Positions 11,970-23,913 of a DNA stretch of 64,000 nucleotides are shown in pieces. Position numbers and translations under genes: made by a program. A model generated the notes under the pieces. It saw only the letters and a program-made list of their open reading frames with translations. It did not search any database and was not told where the DNA came from. The stretch comes from Pseudovirgaria hyperparasitica. Lineage: Eukaryota. Every line of letters begins with the position of its first letter. Positions within the stretch are counted from its first letter, which is position 1. The DNA lies in the NCBI GenBank assembly GCA_010093815.1, contig ML996593.1; one strand, written 5' to 3'.

Positions 11970-13884
11970 GAAAGCTGTATACACAACATTACATATGTAG
12001 ACCTGTCCTTGTCAGTTGTCCGTATCGAACAGTAGATTTACTCTACTGTTACTAGCCACCACTCACCACTCATGGTGCTTTCTGTATAATTAGCTGTAGC
12101 TGACAGTATGGGCGCTGCTCCCCAGGCCAATGTGCATGCTCGTCTAAACCTTCTAGCTCCGTCCGGTGCTTCCAGACGGGCAAAAGGAGTACGGAGAAGG
12201 AGAAAGGAGAGAGAGAGAGATGGAGAGAGGAAGAGAGAGAGAATGAGTTAGTGGAGAATGAGTTAGTGGAGAGAGGGGTATAGAGAATGGAGTGGATATC
12301 ACTACATATCACCCACTAGGAACACTGCAACCATGCAGGTGCCGGCATCTCACTCGCCCGCCAAGATCAGGGGAAATTGCGGATGTTTATCATGATCCCA
12401 TGATTCCATGACTTTGGATTCCACGATTCCACGATTCCACGATGCTTCGATGCCAAAGTCTGTCGCTAATTATGCCCAGCCGGGAGTCAACGAGTACAGT
12501 AATACCAACAGATGAACACTCATCATTTGCTCTGCCCTCTGTCTATTGCTAGGCCTAATTACAGCCAGGGACCCATGGATGAGCTTCTAACCTGTCACTT
12601 GTAGAGAGCCTCGGATCCATTCGTAAACGTCCATAGTATAACTCATAATCTGAAGATAACATCTATCATAACCCACGCGTCACTTTCATCGACGCCGTCC
12701 GTCTCCATTCGGTTTACTATGTTCGCCATATTCCGAGAACGCGGTCGCGTATCGCTACCTGCACAGCCATTGGCTTTCCACTGTCGCCCAATGCCCTTGC
12801 TAGGTTGTCACTAGCTACAACAACAGCATCCCATCTTTAGACGGTTCCATTCTAGGAGTAATCACAGCGGAGAGGTACACTCAGGACCATTCATGGTCCC
12901 GCTCAGTTGCTCTTCGTTGCTCTGTAATTATGTGATCTGGCAACCCCGACGTGATTGATGGAATCCCATTTATACAGTCAACCTTCCTACCCGTCTGCAT
13001 GCTCTCGCGTTTGACAGCTGTAGATCGGCTGCGTGCTCCATATCTTAGATTCACAGATATCCTTCGTCTCAGGATACAGCCAGCCTACGCAAACTGTGCA
13101 CTCGTTGTCCATGCTCTGGCTTCTGGTAGAGGGTTCCTAGTCGAAGGTGGGGGCATGATGATTGGCTCTCTTCTCCGTCAGAAAATGGTGCCCAAGACTA
13201 TAAAATGCAGTTGTATTACCCGCGCTGTACGCAAGTAGTCCCTGCACGCGCTAGGAGGACAATGACAGAAGCTTGGGCGAGCTTGTTATGAATTGCTTCG
13301 GACTACCTAGGTAATAATATAACGACATGGAACCTTGCGGAGTACCTGCCTTCTAAGTTTGTACAGTATTTTTCTCGAACTGGCAGAAACGGACAAGTTA
13401 ATGTTTACCACATTGCTCACCTGTATCTCGCCGAACTCAGCGCGCGACAGTTTGCTGCTCCTCCAGGCTCCTCAGTACTCATCTATGCTTGTCTAGCCCG
13501 GTCACTTGTCAGCTGTTTTACCTCGGCTTTGGATAGCTGCCCAAATTTCGAGCCGAAGGTTATCAAGTCACTCATGTCGATAGGGTCTGAATATCATCGG
13601 TCTCTTCCCAATCATGCGCAGATGTGATTAGGGGGAATCAGACTCGAGCACATGTCTTACAAAGGTGACGAAGATCGCACAGTGGATTTCATGTCACTAG
13701 GGCACAGCAAAGATTCACGGATGAGTGGCAAGAACAGTAAAAACCCTGTGTCGAGCCGGACATCCCAGGCCATGCTTATTTTGGTATCTCGGTCTGTGTC
13801 TCAGTGTACACACAAAACGCCAGCTTTTTGTAGCCCCGACAAACGCCCAAACCCTCATATTGCCCTTCCTATTGAGTCCTTTGC

Positions 13885-14600
13885 TCACTTTGGCCCCTCG
13901 GCAGTGATCTTCTTCAACTCCCACTCTTTTGTAAATTCCCGGCTCAATGTGTCCAGATCCTGCACAACGTCTTTGCATGCCGTTACAATCGCATCTTTGG
14001 GGGTAATGCTGCCGTCTGTGGTGACGCGCAGCTCGAAAGTCGCGAACAGCGGGTGCGGAATCTTGTATGCGGAGAAGCGGATGTATGAGTATTTATGTAG
14101 TCGAGCGCTGAGCAGATTACCGAGTGTGTGGTCTTCTTTATTAAAGGTGAAGATTGCAGTGTTGGGAACGCCTGTATGGTACCTTAGCTAGACAAACAGT
14201 GAATGAGCGCGGAAGACGTCAAGACATACGTGTGTCGAGCTCCCAGGTGACCTTCTTCTCGTCGTCGCCGAGCAGGAAGAGCTCAAACCTGTAGGGGACG
14301 TCATCATTAGCTGCGATACCCATATTGACCGTGGTATGATGTGTGAAGCGGCGCTCGATCAAGAGGGTGCTTTGGTGACCTCGCAAAGTTATAGACATTA
14401 CCGGAAGGTGAGGAAAGCATTAAGAGTACGAGCCGGGAACGTTTTGGTCGTTCATCGAACGTGGAAGTGAAGGAAGGGCCGGGTAGAAAGTAAACACAGC
14501 CAGTGTAGTAGCACTTGCCATGTTCACCTTTGGGAGCAATCTCCCCGCTGGCTTCACGAACTCGTAGAGACTGCTCCACGTACCTGTCTGGAGCATTCAT
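13885..14600 (-). CDS. RPB11: RNA polymerase II subunit RPB11, 3 exons
   Basis: MNAPDR|FELFLLGDDEKKVTWELDT|RVPNTAIFTFNKEDHTLGNLL...YKIPHPL...EFTKEWELKK. Intron 1 is 14583-14289. The ORF track misses this gene. Confidence 0.95.
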
Positions 14601-15265
14601 AACTACTATGTAACCAAGAGAGGCCGATTATACTAACAAAGATGCGTAGATCGAATGTAGCGACGTAGAAGTTTTTTTTAGGCGGAGCTGTAGACGGGTA
14701 CTCGTACCTTATAGTAAAAGGTAATAGTATATGATAGTAAAAGGAAGGATATGTAAATATAGTAGTGACAATATAGACTTAGTAGGAATATATCTTGCTA
14801 GACGAAGGAGACAGTAATAGCATTTGGGACGACGCGAAGGCAGCAGTAGGTCTTAGTACCTTATCTACTGCCTGAACGTCATGATCTCTTGGCGGCAGAT
14901 TAGATCGGACTCATGTTTCCATCTCCGAACAATCTCCTATATATTTGGGCTTTGGACTTCCAAATAATTATATCAACGAGGGCGGGAAGCCGTTAAAGCA
15001 AGCCGTTGGACTTCTCTACCGCCAATACAGACGCCATTACTGCTGAGAATTGCTCGTTCCTGTCCTACGTATTGAACGCCTGTGAACACACGTAATTTAG
15101 GTATATTGGTCTTGCATGCTCAGATATGCAAGCTAAGTACCGTGCTGCATCCATGCGTGCTGCGTTGCCGAAACGATTGTCAAAGTCTGCTTCGTGTTTA
15201 AGGTTTTCATACACCCTGAGAGCCAGCGTCTTCCATATTACAACGGTCGACTCCTATTGCCAGTC

Positions 15266-16336
15266 ATGAATCCATACTCAAAGGAGCTCACCATAGCCTG
15301 TCTAGCGGTACAACGGGCTGCCATACTTACTAGAGATTTACTCTCCATCGTCGACAAAGGTGCCCTAGAAAAAGCAGATCTTTCACCTGTCACCGTTGGG
15401 GATTTTGCGACCCAGGCACTCCTCATCAGTGCTCTGCATTACAACTTCCCGTCAGACCACTTTGTCGGTGAAGAGTCTGCAGACGAACTTCGAAAGAAAC
15501 CTGCACTGCTCAAAAGAGTATGGGAGCTCGTTCGCAATACACATCTTGACGATGCTGATGAAGTGTTCCTTCCGCATCCGTCCTCCCTGGATGACATGCT
15601 ACGTCTGATTGATCTAGGAGGCGCTGGTCAAGGTGGACGCGAGGGCCGAACCTGGGTGTTGGATCCAATTGATGGAACAGCTACATTCATCCAAGGTCAG
15701 CAATATGCTATCAATCTTGCCCTGTTAGTCCGCGGAGAACAGCAATTGGGCGTCATTGGATGCCCGAACCTCCCGGCAACTCCTGGCACCATTGAGGAGA
15801 CTAGGGTCGATACAGATGGCCATGGCTGTCTGCTCTCCGCCATCAAAGGGCACGGGGCGTATATTCGGCTGATGACAACTGGAATGCTTTCGCCGGCAAC
15901 ATTAATTCAGAAACATGCCAACAGTGTCAAAGTTGAAGACATCAAAGTCACAGAATGCACGACAACAAGCTCAATGGTCCTCTCTCTGCATCGAGAAGTC
16001 TTTGATCGGCTCGGTGCGGCCTGGCCCGGCACTGATCTGTGGTCATCGCTAATGAAGTATGTTGCTCTGACGATCGGCGGCTGCAACGTTAACGTGCGGA
16101 TTGTGAAAAGTCAGAGCTATAAGTCTTGTATTTGGGATCATGCAGGAGGGCAATTAATCTTCGAAGAGGTCGGCGGGAAGGTTACAGATATAAACGGGAA
16201 ACACATTGACTTCGGTCTAGGAAGACAGATGTCTGCAAACTTTGGTTTAGTCTGCGCGCCTGCCAACCTCCACGCGCAGATTCTGAAGGTGGTCCAGGAA
16301 GTGATAGCAGCAGAGCCACATATGGTGGCGCCATAA
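15266..16336 (+). CDS. 3'(2'),5'-bisphosphate nucleotidase (MET22/HAL2-like, inositol monophosphatase family)
   Basis: KADLSPVTVGDF, VGEES, WVLDPIDGT, IWDHAGG. First ATG at 15266. Confidence 0.9.
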   Translation: MNPYSKELTIACLAVQRAAILTRDLLSIVDKGALEKADLSPVTVGDFATQALLISALHYNFPSDHFVGEESADELRKKPALLKRVWELVRNTHLDDADEVFLPHPSSLDDMLRLIDLGGAGQGGREGRTWVLDPIDGTATFIQGQQYAINLALLVRGEQQLGVIGCPNLPATPGTIEETRVDTDGHGCLLSAIKGHGAYIRLMTTGMLSPATLIQKHANSVKVEDIKVTECTTTSSMVLSLHREVFDRLGAAWPGTDLWSSLMKYVALTIGGCNVNVRIVKSQSYKSCIWDHAGGQLIFEEVGGKVTDINGKHIDFGLGRQMSANFGLVCAPANLHAQILKVVQEVIAAEPHMVAP

Positions 16337-16993
16337 ATAGCTATTTCCACCTTGTACCGTTGGATCGTCTCGAGTAGGCGGAAAACCATATATTGACCCT
16401 TTGACAACATATTCACACGATCCCTAAGATAGTCCGATCTAAAGCTCAATCCTTTAGGCAGTGCAGGTTATGAAGCATACGCCCAGTCATACAGTCTTGG
16501 TTGATCTTCCTAGGTCCTCAGCATCGGATAAACAAAGTCTCCAGTCCATGACTCCCGCAAGAAGCGTTCCAGGAAACAATTACATTACCCCATACTTACC
16601 CTACAAGAACTTATCTATTACCCTATAATTACCCTATAAATACTCTATACCTACCTTATCTCCCAGCAGAATGGGATGTGGTCGGACCCCCGGATGGCAA
16701 AGTGTTGCGCCCTATGCTAGAGTCCATGTTCAAGGCCGAAAATAGCCGTTGCGCAGTAGTAAGGTAGAGCTCCGCAATCGGACCTGTTAATACAAATATG
16801 GGCATGTGTATGGCGCGATGACAAGCTGGTTGGTGTCGGGTATCTCTCTATTATATTTGGGGCCTTAACTCATTAAGCCGATCGTTTGATGACATTGCGA
16901 CTACGCGCTATCTCTCGATATATATATGAACCCCATATTCATCTCATGATATTACACTGTGGATCAGCCTCTACAATCTGTCAATTGTAAAAG

Positions 16994-18293
16994 ATGTCAA
17001 TTGACGTTATAGATTCAGCATCTGCTAGGCCTGCGCCACACCTCAACGACAGAAACATCCATCACGCTGCCGCGACATCTAGCAGTATCAAGACCGCCCC
17101 GCACTCGCGAAACGAGGTCATGATGAACGAATATCCCCGGACTTGGGTGAAGACGCCCTTGAAAGAAAGTGCGGCCCTCAGTCGCGCTGCTGGTTGGTCA
17201 GTGGCACTGCATTTCATACCTTATCTTGTACATAAAGTAGCAGTATCTAAATCGTAGCAGCAGAGTCTTCCTCAAGCTTGAAAACCTACAACCTTCGGGC
17301 TCATTCAAGTCCAGGGGTGTAGGAAACTACATGCTTTGCCGGCTGCGCGAGCGCCTAACCGACTCTCCCAATACGCCCATTCACTTCTACTCGTCCAGCG
17401 GCGGTAACGCCGGAATCGCATGCGCCTACGCAGCACAGTCACTAGGATATCCGGCGACAATCGTGGTGCCAACTGCGACTAAGCCCGCTATGATTTCGAA
17501 GATGCGCACAGCAGGCGCACACGATGTAATCTCGCACGGTGCATCTTGGCAGGACGCTGATGGATACCTCCGCGATGAAGTCCTATGCAAAGACCCCAAC
17601 GGAGTATATGTGCCACCGTTTGACCATCCAGACATTTGGGAGGGCAACAAGACTACTGCTTACGAGATACGGGACCAGCTCGACGAAAAGCCAGACGTTA
17701 TGATCTGTTCTGTGGGAGGTGGAGGACTGTTCAATGGTTTTATCAAAGCAATGCACGAAATGGACTGGGGTGATGTTCCGTTCCTAGCTATGGAAACTAT
17801 TGGTGCCGATTCGCTCAACAAGAGTGTGATAGAAGGCAAGCACATCACCCTTCCGAGAATAACATCCAGGGCAACATGTCTTGGTGCTATTCGCATTGCC
17901 AACAAAACCTGGGAAAACATGCAGGCAAACAAAAACGTTCAGAGTATTGCGCTGCCAGACGCTGAAGCCGCTATGGGTTGCTGGCGCCTTGCTGACGACG
18001 AGAGGATACTGGTCGAGATGGCATGTGGGGTTTGTGTTGTTCTTTGCTACGACGGTCGACTCCAGAAGATCATGAGTAGCATAGGTAAGAAATTGACGCC
18101 TCAGAGTCGAGTTGTCATTACTGTTTGTGGTGGTAGCGATATCAGCGTTGAGTCGCTGTACGAGATGAGGAAGGAGTATGCCTGGGTCGAAAAGACGGTT
18201 TCGGATGGTACCAATGGCTCTGGTGCGCCTGGTTCATTCACTATACCTGTGGTAGTAGGACACGAGCATCAAATAGACCGCGCTACAAACTGA
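16994..18293 (+). CDS. L-serine/threonine dehydratase (PLP, fold type II; CHA1-like), 2 exons
   Basis: KTPL..S..LS, intron 17197-~17260, then FLKLENLQPSGSFKSRG, SSGGNAG, SVGGGGL and VCGG. Confidence 0.9.
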
Positions 18294-18347
18294 TCAGGAG
18301 TCAAATAGTAAAAGTATGCTTTCACAATGAACCGCCTCGAAACAGGG

Positions 18348-19372
18348 TCAAGCGGCAACTGTTGTCTGGTCTTCAATTTGTCTTTTGCGATAGTTCCAGT
18401 AATTGACACGGATTGGATCGTAGCGCATAGCAAGTAGATCCAGAGCTTTTGCTGCCATGAGCTGGGTCTCCGGGATATCGCCGTGTATCTCAGCAAAGAC
18501 GTCCAATGCATGGCTTGACTGTACCAAGTCGTTCTCGTTGATGCCACAGAACTCGCGCACGAAGGGACTTAGCTCTACTATCGATTCTTTGGACTGCCTG
18601 TAGATACCTCGAAGGTAATTCCAAGGGCTTTGGTTCTGGGGCGCTTTGCGTATGGCCTCTTCCGCAAATCTATATTAAATTAGCCAATATCAAGGGAACA
18701 AACTTGTGAACTAACGTCTTCTCTCTACCTAGTATAGCCTTGTCGGTTGGTGCACTAGTGTTCGGTTTGCCAAAAACGACAAAGAATCGATGGTTCCAAG
18801 CCGAGTTATTCCTCAAGTCTTGCTCTAATAGCTTCTTAACAAAGTCTAGCTCCATTTGGTTCCAAAGGTCAAACCTCTTGACTAGCCATTGACGATAACT
18901 CCATACATGATAGTTCTTCGCGTCTTTTTCGAGCATCTGGTCAATGAATGCCGTCTCCCCCTCTGCAGAACCGAGTTTGTCGATTATGGTTTGGCGGTGA
19001 TGCCATATTTGGTAGTTCTTGAGGTACTTTAAGGAGATATTGTTGACCCATTCAATCTCGTTACAGAGACTCTTGTTGAGAGTGAAGATAATCTTGCATC
19101 GATATAGCCTTTGAAAGGTCAGATAAACTTTAGCGAAGAAAGACTACGACATACCAGACAGTATAGTGAGCAGGGTTCATGCGAATGATGTCTTCGGTGA
19201 GGCTCAGAGCTCTTTCGCTGCATTCATTCACCGCCATGACAGCCCTCAGATAAGACATTGCTTCAACATATTCTTCCTTGTATGCTATCGTGGCTAGCGG
19301 CGTAGCTCCTTCGTGTTTTTGCGGAATCGGCGCTAGGCCCTCCCATACTATGTTTCCGGCATATCTCGACAT
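18348..19372 (-). CDS. RAM2: Protein farnesyltransferase/GGTase-I alpha subunit, 3 exons
   Basis: PPTA repeats NPAHYTVW, KNYQIWHHR, KNYHVWSYRQW, RNNSAWNHR, PQNQSPWNY and terminal DPIRVNYWNY. Confidence 0.93.
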
Positions 19373-20433
19373 AGTGACTGGGTCGTTGATTTCTGCAAGA
19401 CGTAATGCAACTTGCTTTGCCTCCTGTCGAGTAGGAAAGCGTTGCACGGTGGGTGCAAGGGTGACGACGGGTTACACTTCTACTTTTCCAAGCGGCTGGC
19501 GGATTGACTTCGGTGTTAGAACCGCGGCACGGGGCTGTTCACTGGGTTCACCCATTGAATCCGGATCGTTTTCTACGATCCTGGAAGGTCACTCATTCAT
19601 TACTCCATGAACAAATTGTGCTTTGGTCCTCCCAACCTCTCATGACGTGTCACAGCACACGTCTTCTGAACCCGAGGAAACATTCGACGTGCTCTCATTT
19701 CACCAAGCTTAGATGACGTCTTACACACGATGCAATATGAGCCCTTTGCAGATTCGCTTCATACTTCTCATGGGCTCGAGTATTCAAATTAAAGTCTTCT
19801 TGGTGGTCCTGCCGACGTTCCAGATCCAATGAAAGTGTCTCTCCTCGCACTTCATGCATATCATCAATCGAAGACTCGTCAAATGGTACCACGTCCGTGT
19901 CTAACATTCAACCCCGCGCACTCAACAGGCCTGGCCAATCCGAGAGTCAGTGGTACAATAGTAATGGATACGAGATGCGTGATATGAGCTTGCCCCAGCG
20001 AAACCAATCTGTAGCCGTTACTATAGTGGAGGGGTTGGATCTTGTATGACGAGCTCTGAAGTACATATGACTTATAAATAAACAGACTTAACTCATTACT
20101 AGCTGTTTGCTAATAAGTCATACGTTCAAATACGCGCAAGTAATAATATGTTGTGTCTTATGTGAGACTCAGGTCCCACAGCTTAATATGTCACCACGCA
20201 TCCTACTACGTAGATATAATATTTGTAGAGTGACCGGGTGGATCATGATTGGATTATAATTCTGATTCTCTAACGAGGGCCTACAGTTTTAAGATTGCAA
20301 CTAAAGACGCCCAGCTCGTTATCGATAACGCAGCCCCTCCCCTCCAATACTTTGAAGGTTCTTCCTCTACTCCACGACATCACAGTCTTTCTCTTATCTC
20401 ACGTCGCCCTCAGGATTCTTAAACAGATCTAAA

Positions 20434-21585
20434 ATGCCAGAACCAACGCCCGCTGATGGCCCTTCCATTCCTATAACCATCATAACCGGCTTTCTTGGTT
20501 CTGGCAAAACGACTCTGATACTCTCGCTTCTGCCACAACTCCCCAAGAACTACAAGCTTGCGCTCCTCAAGAACGAATTTGGCGACCTAGCCGTTGATTC
20601 CCAGCTCGCAACCGCCAAGTCTATATCAGGCGTTACCGAACTTCTCAATGGTTGCATATGCTGCAATCTGGTCGGCCAACTCTCCGACGCACTGGAGAAG
20701 CTACGACATGAACATAATCCTGACAGGATTGTCATTGAGACCAGCGGCAGTGCTTTCCCGGCCACTCTAGCAATGGAAGTGAACAGACTAGTGGAGGCCA
20801 CGCGGGGTGCATATGCGCTGGACGGCGTACTGAGCGTCGTCGACGTAGAGAATTGGAACGGGTATGATGACACGAGCTATACAGCTAAGATACAAGCGCG
20901 ATATACGGATTTGATTGTACTGAACAAATGGGAAGCTGCAGGGGAGCGGCGCATCGAAGAAGTTGAGGATCGGATTCTGGATCTGGAGATCGAGCCGCCG
21001 ATACCAAGGACAAGAAGTGCTCGTGGGTGGGTCAGTAAAGATATCGTGTTTGGATTAGATGCCAATATGGCAGGCAAAACTGAAGTGGAGCGCGAGGACG
21101 TGCATTGCGATAGAAACAGGGATAATGAGAACGAGCACAAGCATGATCACCAGTCTGAGGTTGAGGTATTGAGTGTGAAAATGCCTGCGCTTTCAGGTGG
21201 TCAGACCGGCGTTGATATTGAGAAATTGGGCAGGTTGCTCTCGACTGCACAAAAGGACGAAATATACCGCATCAAGGCCGTGCTGTATAGTACGACACCT
21301 CCAAAATCCTCCGATGCGCATGCCGTTCCCCACGCAGACAGCGGCAAATGTGCCGTTCCAGGTGCCGTCAAATATATCCTCAATTGGGCCTTTGGGCGAT
21401 GGACGTTCACGATGGCTCCCAGAACAGAAGTACTGGTGAATGGGGTAGGTGACGCGGCCATCCGTATGACAATTATAACGGCGCGATACGAATCGACCAA
21501 GTGGAAGAACAATATCGAGAAAGGGGATTATATCGCGCTCGAAGGGGGGTCCGCAGATGGACTAACGGTCGACAGAGTCCTGTGA
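20434..21585 (+). CDS. CobW/COG0523 (ZNG1-type) G3E GTPase, metal chaperone
   Basis: GFLGSGKTT, NEFG, GCICC, ETSG and a His-rich segment HKHDH. Confidence 0.9.
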   Translation: MPEPTPADGPSIPITIITGFLGSGKTTLILSLLPQLPKNYKLALLKNEFGDLAVDSQLATAKSISGVTELLNGCICCNLVGQLSDALEKLRHEHNPDRIVIETSGSAFPATLAMEVNRLVEATRGAYALDGVLSVVDVENWNGYDDTSYTAKIQARYTDLIVLNKWEAAGERRIEEVEDRILDLEIEPPIPRTRSARGWVSKDIVFGLDANMAGKTEVEREDVHCDRNRDNENEHKHDHQSEVEVLSVKMPALSGGQTGVDIEKLGRLLSTAQKDEIYRIKAVLYSTTPPKSSDAHAVPHADSGKCAVPGAVKYILNWAFGRWTFTMAPRTEVLVNGVGDAAIRMTIITARYESTKWKNNIEKGDYIALEGGSADGLTVDRVL

Positions 21586-21599
21586 AGCTGTAGTTCTGG

Positions 21600-22100
21600 G
21601 AACGGGGCAGCTGAAGCGTGCGCGGATCTTCATCCTATGGCACAGCATGACGGCATTAGTCCATGTGAAGATCAACAATTGCCTCATGTTGTGGAACAAA
21701 GAGCATTGTGTAGTTGCATAGGTGACATAGGGACACATGAGCAGGGTGAAAATAATGCCTCGTGTACCTATGCCCAGTTGCTCGGTGGTGGCGTCGCGCT
21801 GAGGTCGATGTACGGTTCCTAGTACGCGCGATGCGTTTTCAGTGAGTTTACTACATCCACTACCACTCATTACGAATACCAGTACGACTGTTCACTCCAC
21901 CGCTGTCGGCCAGGTACGGGCCGCCCTGCAATAACACTGCCGAGACTGCCGGTGGGCCTTGGCAGAGCTTAGCTGCGAACATGTTCATGTACACAGTAAA
22001 CTGGTACACGTCACAGTCTACGGTGCAGCCATGGAAGTAGATCAGCTTTACGCCATAATCGGGCCATACACCATTGTATAGTCGCCATCGGCGTATGGAA
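21600..22100 (-). pseudogene. Possible degraded alpha/beta-hydrolase (HSL-like) fragment
   Basis: Fragments LIYFHG, YLADSGGVN and LLMCPYV occur in the order of the HGGG, GDSAGG and LSPW motifs, but they are broken by a stop or frameshift. Confidence 0.25.
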
Positions 22101-22169
22101 ATTGTAGGCCATAGGCCCACGATTCCCAATGGAGCTAATAGGCACTGGTGCCGGACCCTGAAGCTTTCC

Positions 22170-23604
22170 TCATTCTGCACCATCAATGCCACCGTCGTTC
22201 CTATCAAAGTGGGGTAGGTTTGCGGGTACAAAGTATGGTGGTGAGTTCAGATTGCGATTTTCTGATATATGCTCCACATCTGGTAGTGTATAGGCGGTCT
22301 CAGGCGGACAAGCTAGTAGTACTTCCGTTGCTTCACTGTCTGGCGCGTGCATATCAAATTCGGGTAACGGATATCGGTTTCTCACTATCCCTGCAACTGG
22401 GTTGCTTACAGAAAGTAACTTGACCTCATCAGGATGTGACCCTAGGCTGTGAGGACTGCATTGTTGGGTGGAAGACTGGAGTTGTGGTCAGCTTTTCGGG
22501 AGCTCATCAACAGCTGATACATCTAATGAATACCTGGGGAGCATCTATCGCTAGACCACGTTCAGCTGCAAGCTTCTGTGCAGTGTCACGCTTCAGCTCA
22601 ATCCTGATTTCCTGTTCTTGCTCGATGTGGAGCTCCTCATCTTTAAGATCGGATAGTGCTGGGGCTGATCGTACTTCCCCTACAGCTTCAGTAGAGGTTC
22701 CTCTATTTCTTCGCTTCGATCGTATACTACGCGACGATTCCGTTCTCATCGATGCTCGAGACCCTGCTGGGCGCTTGCCCCGAGTCCTGCCACTACTGGC
22801 ATCGTCGGCACTCAACCCTGTCGTCCGACGTTCAAGCGCCATGGCAAATTCATCGTCGATAGGAACCGCATCGTCCAACTCGTCTTCGCTAGGGAATATG
22901 TCTCCACGGGAGCTGAGTGAATCGATTGTATGGCCTGAGCTATGCGTTGTACTCCGCATTCGTCTATGCGTCTTGGTGTTGTCCTGCGCATCTTCACTTT
23001 CTTCGATCAGGGGCTCTTCTTCGTGTTCATCGTGACGTAGCGCTCCAGGATGATCTGTGAGATCTGCAGCTGAGGGTTTGTAGCGTAAGCCCTTACCACC
23101 GACCTTGAACGGCAGCTTCGAGAAGAAGCCAAAGTATGAGCTGCTGGGTATCAATGTCGGATCACCGCCTTCATGTGTATGCACAGCGCTTCTTCGCCGA
23201 CCACTAGGATAATTGTTCTTTCTACCGCCGTATTTCATTCCTCGTTCGCGATTAGGCTGAGTAGTCGTCCCATAGCTACCAGACCCCAAAAGTCTATCGA
23301 ACCCATCGTTACCCCAGTCCAGGAGTGTCTCGTTCTCATCCTCTTCCCAATCATCATAGAAATCGAAACTAAGCTCTGCTCTGCCTCGCGTGCGTCCACG
23401 AGCTCGTCGTAGTCTGTCCTCACGAGTGGATAGGCAACATCCGGTACATTCTTGCCAGTAAGATCCAATAGACGATAGGCAGGGTCTGACATAGTTCTGG
23501 CCAAATGTAAAAAGACTCTCTTGTGCAGACTCGTTGGCAGACTCTATGTTCTGGGAAAGCTGGTTGAGAGTACGGCGTAGGCGTGGATCATCGCGCCGAT
23601 ACAT
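22170..23604 (-). CDS. Conserved fungal hypothetical protein (S/R/acidic low complexity)
   Basis: Long ORF MYRRDDPRLRRTLNQLSQNIESANE...FDFYDDW...LRYKPSAADL. Probable intron after APQ (~22533); last exon ends FVPANLPHF...AE*. Confidence 0.75.
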
Positions 23605-23913
23605 GGCATTCCTATTACGATGATCGTAGCGCGTTGGCGAAAGACCACAAGGCACACATACGCCTTGAGATCAGTATGGGGAATGTGTCGCGGATGACTG
23701 AGTTTAGTTGCGGTCAAGATAGAGCATTGCCCTGGAACCTGGTAAGCCAAGCATCCTTCGCGCGGCGTATCGTTTTCCCGAAGCGCTTCTGGCTACACTT
23801 TCATCCAACTCTGTACAGCGCTGAGTACACGTTTCGACCGTAATTACATTGACATAATTCCCGCAACTGTAACAATTGGTGTCGGCAAATTCCCATTCGG
23901 AACCTACACGCGT

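Noticed and set aside
12460..13620. Possible gene in the kinesin-RPB11 gap (e.g. ORF 12951-13238)
   Set aside because: No ATG-led ORF with recognisable motifs or a coherent exon chain.
14307..14600. 97-aa ORF starting MNAPDR
   Set aside because: Read-through of RPB11 exon 1 into intron 1.
19460..19910. Short minus-strand ORFs upstream of RAM2 as a possible N-terminal extension
   Set aside because: Interrupted by stops and no clear splice path; RAM2 has a typical start at 19372.
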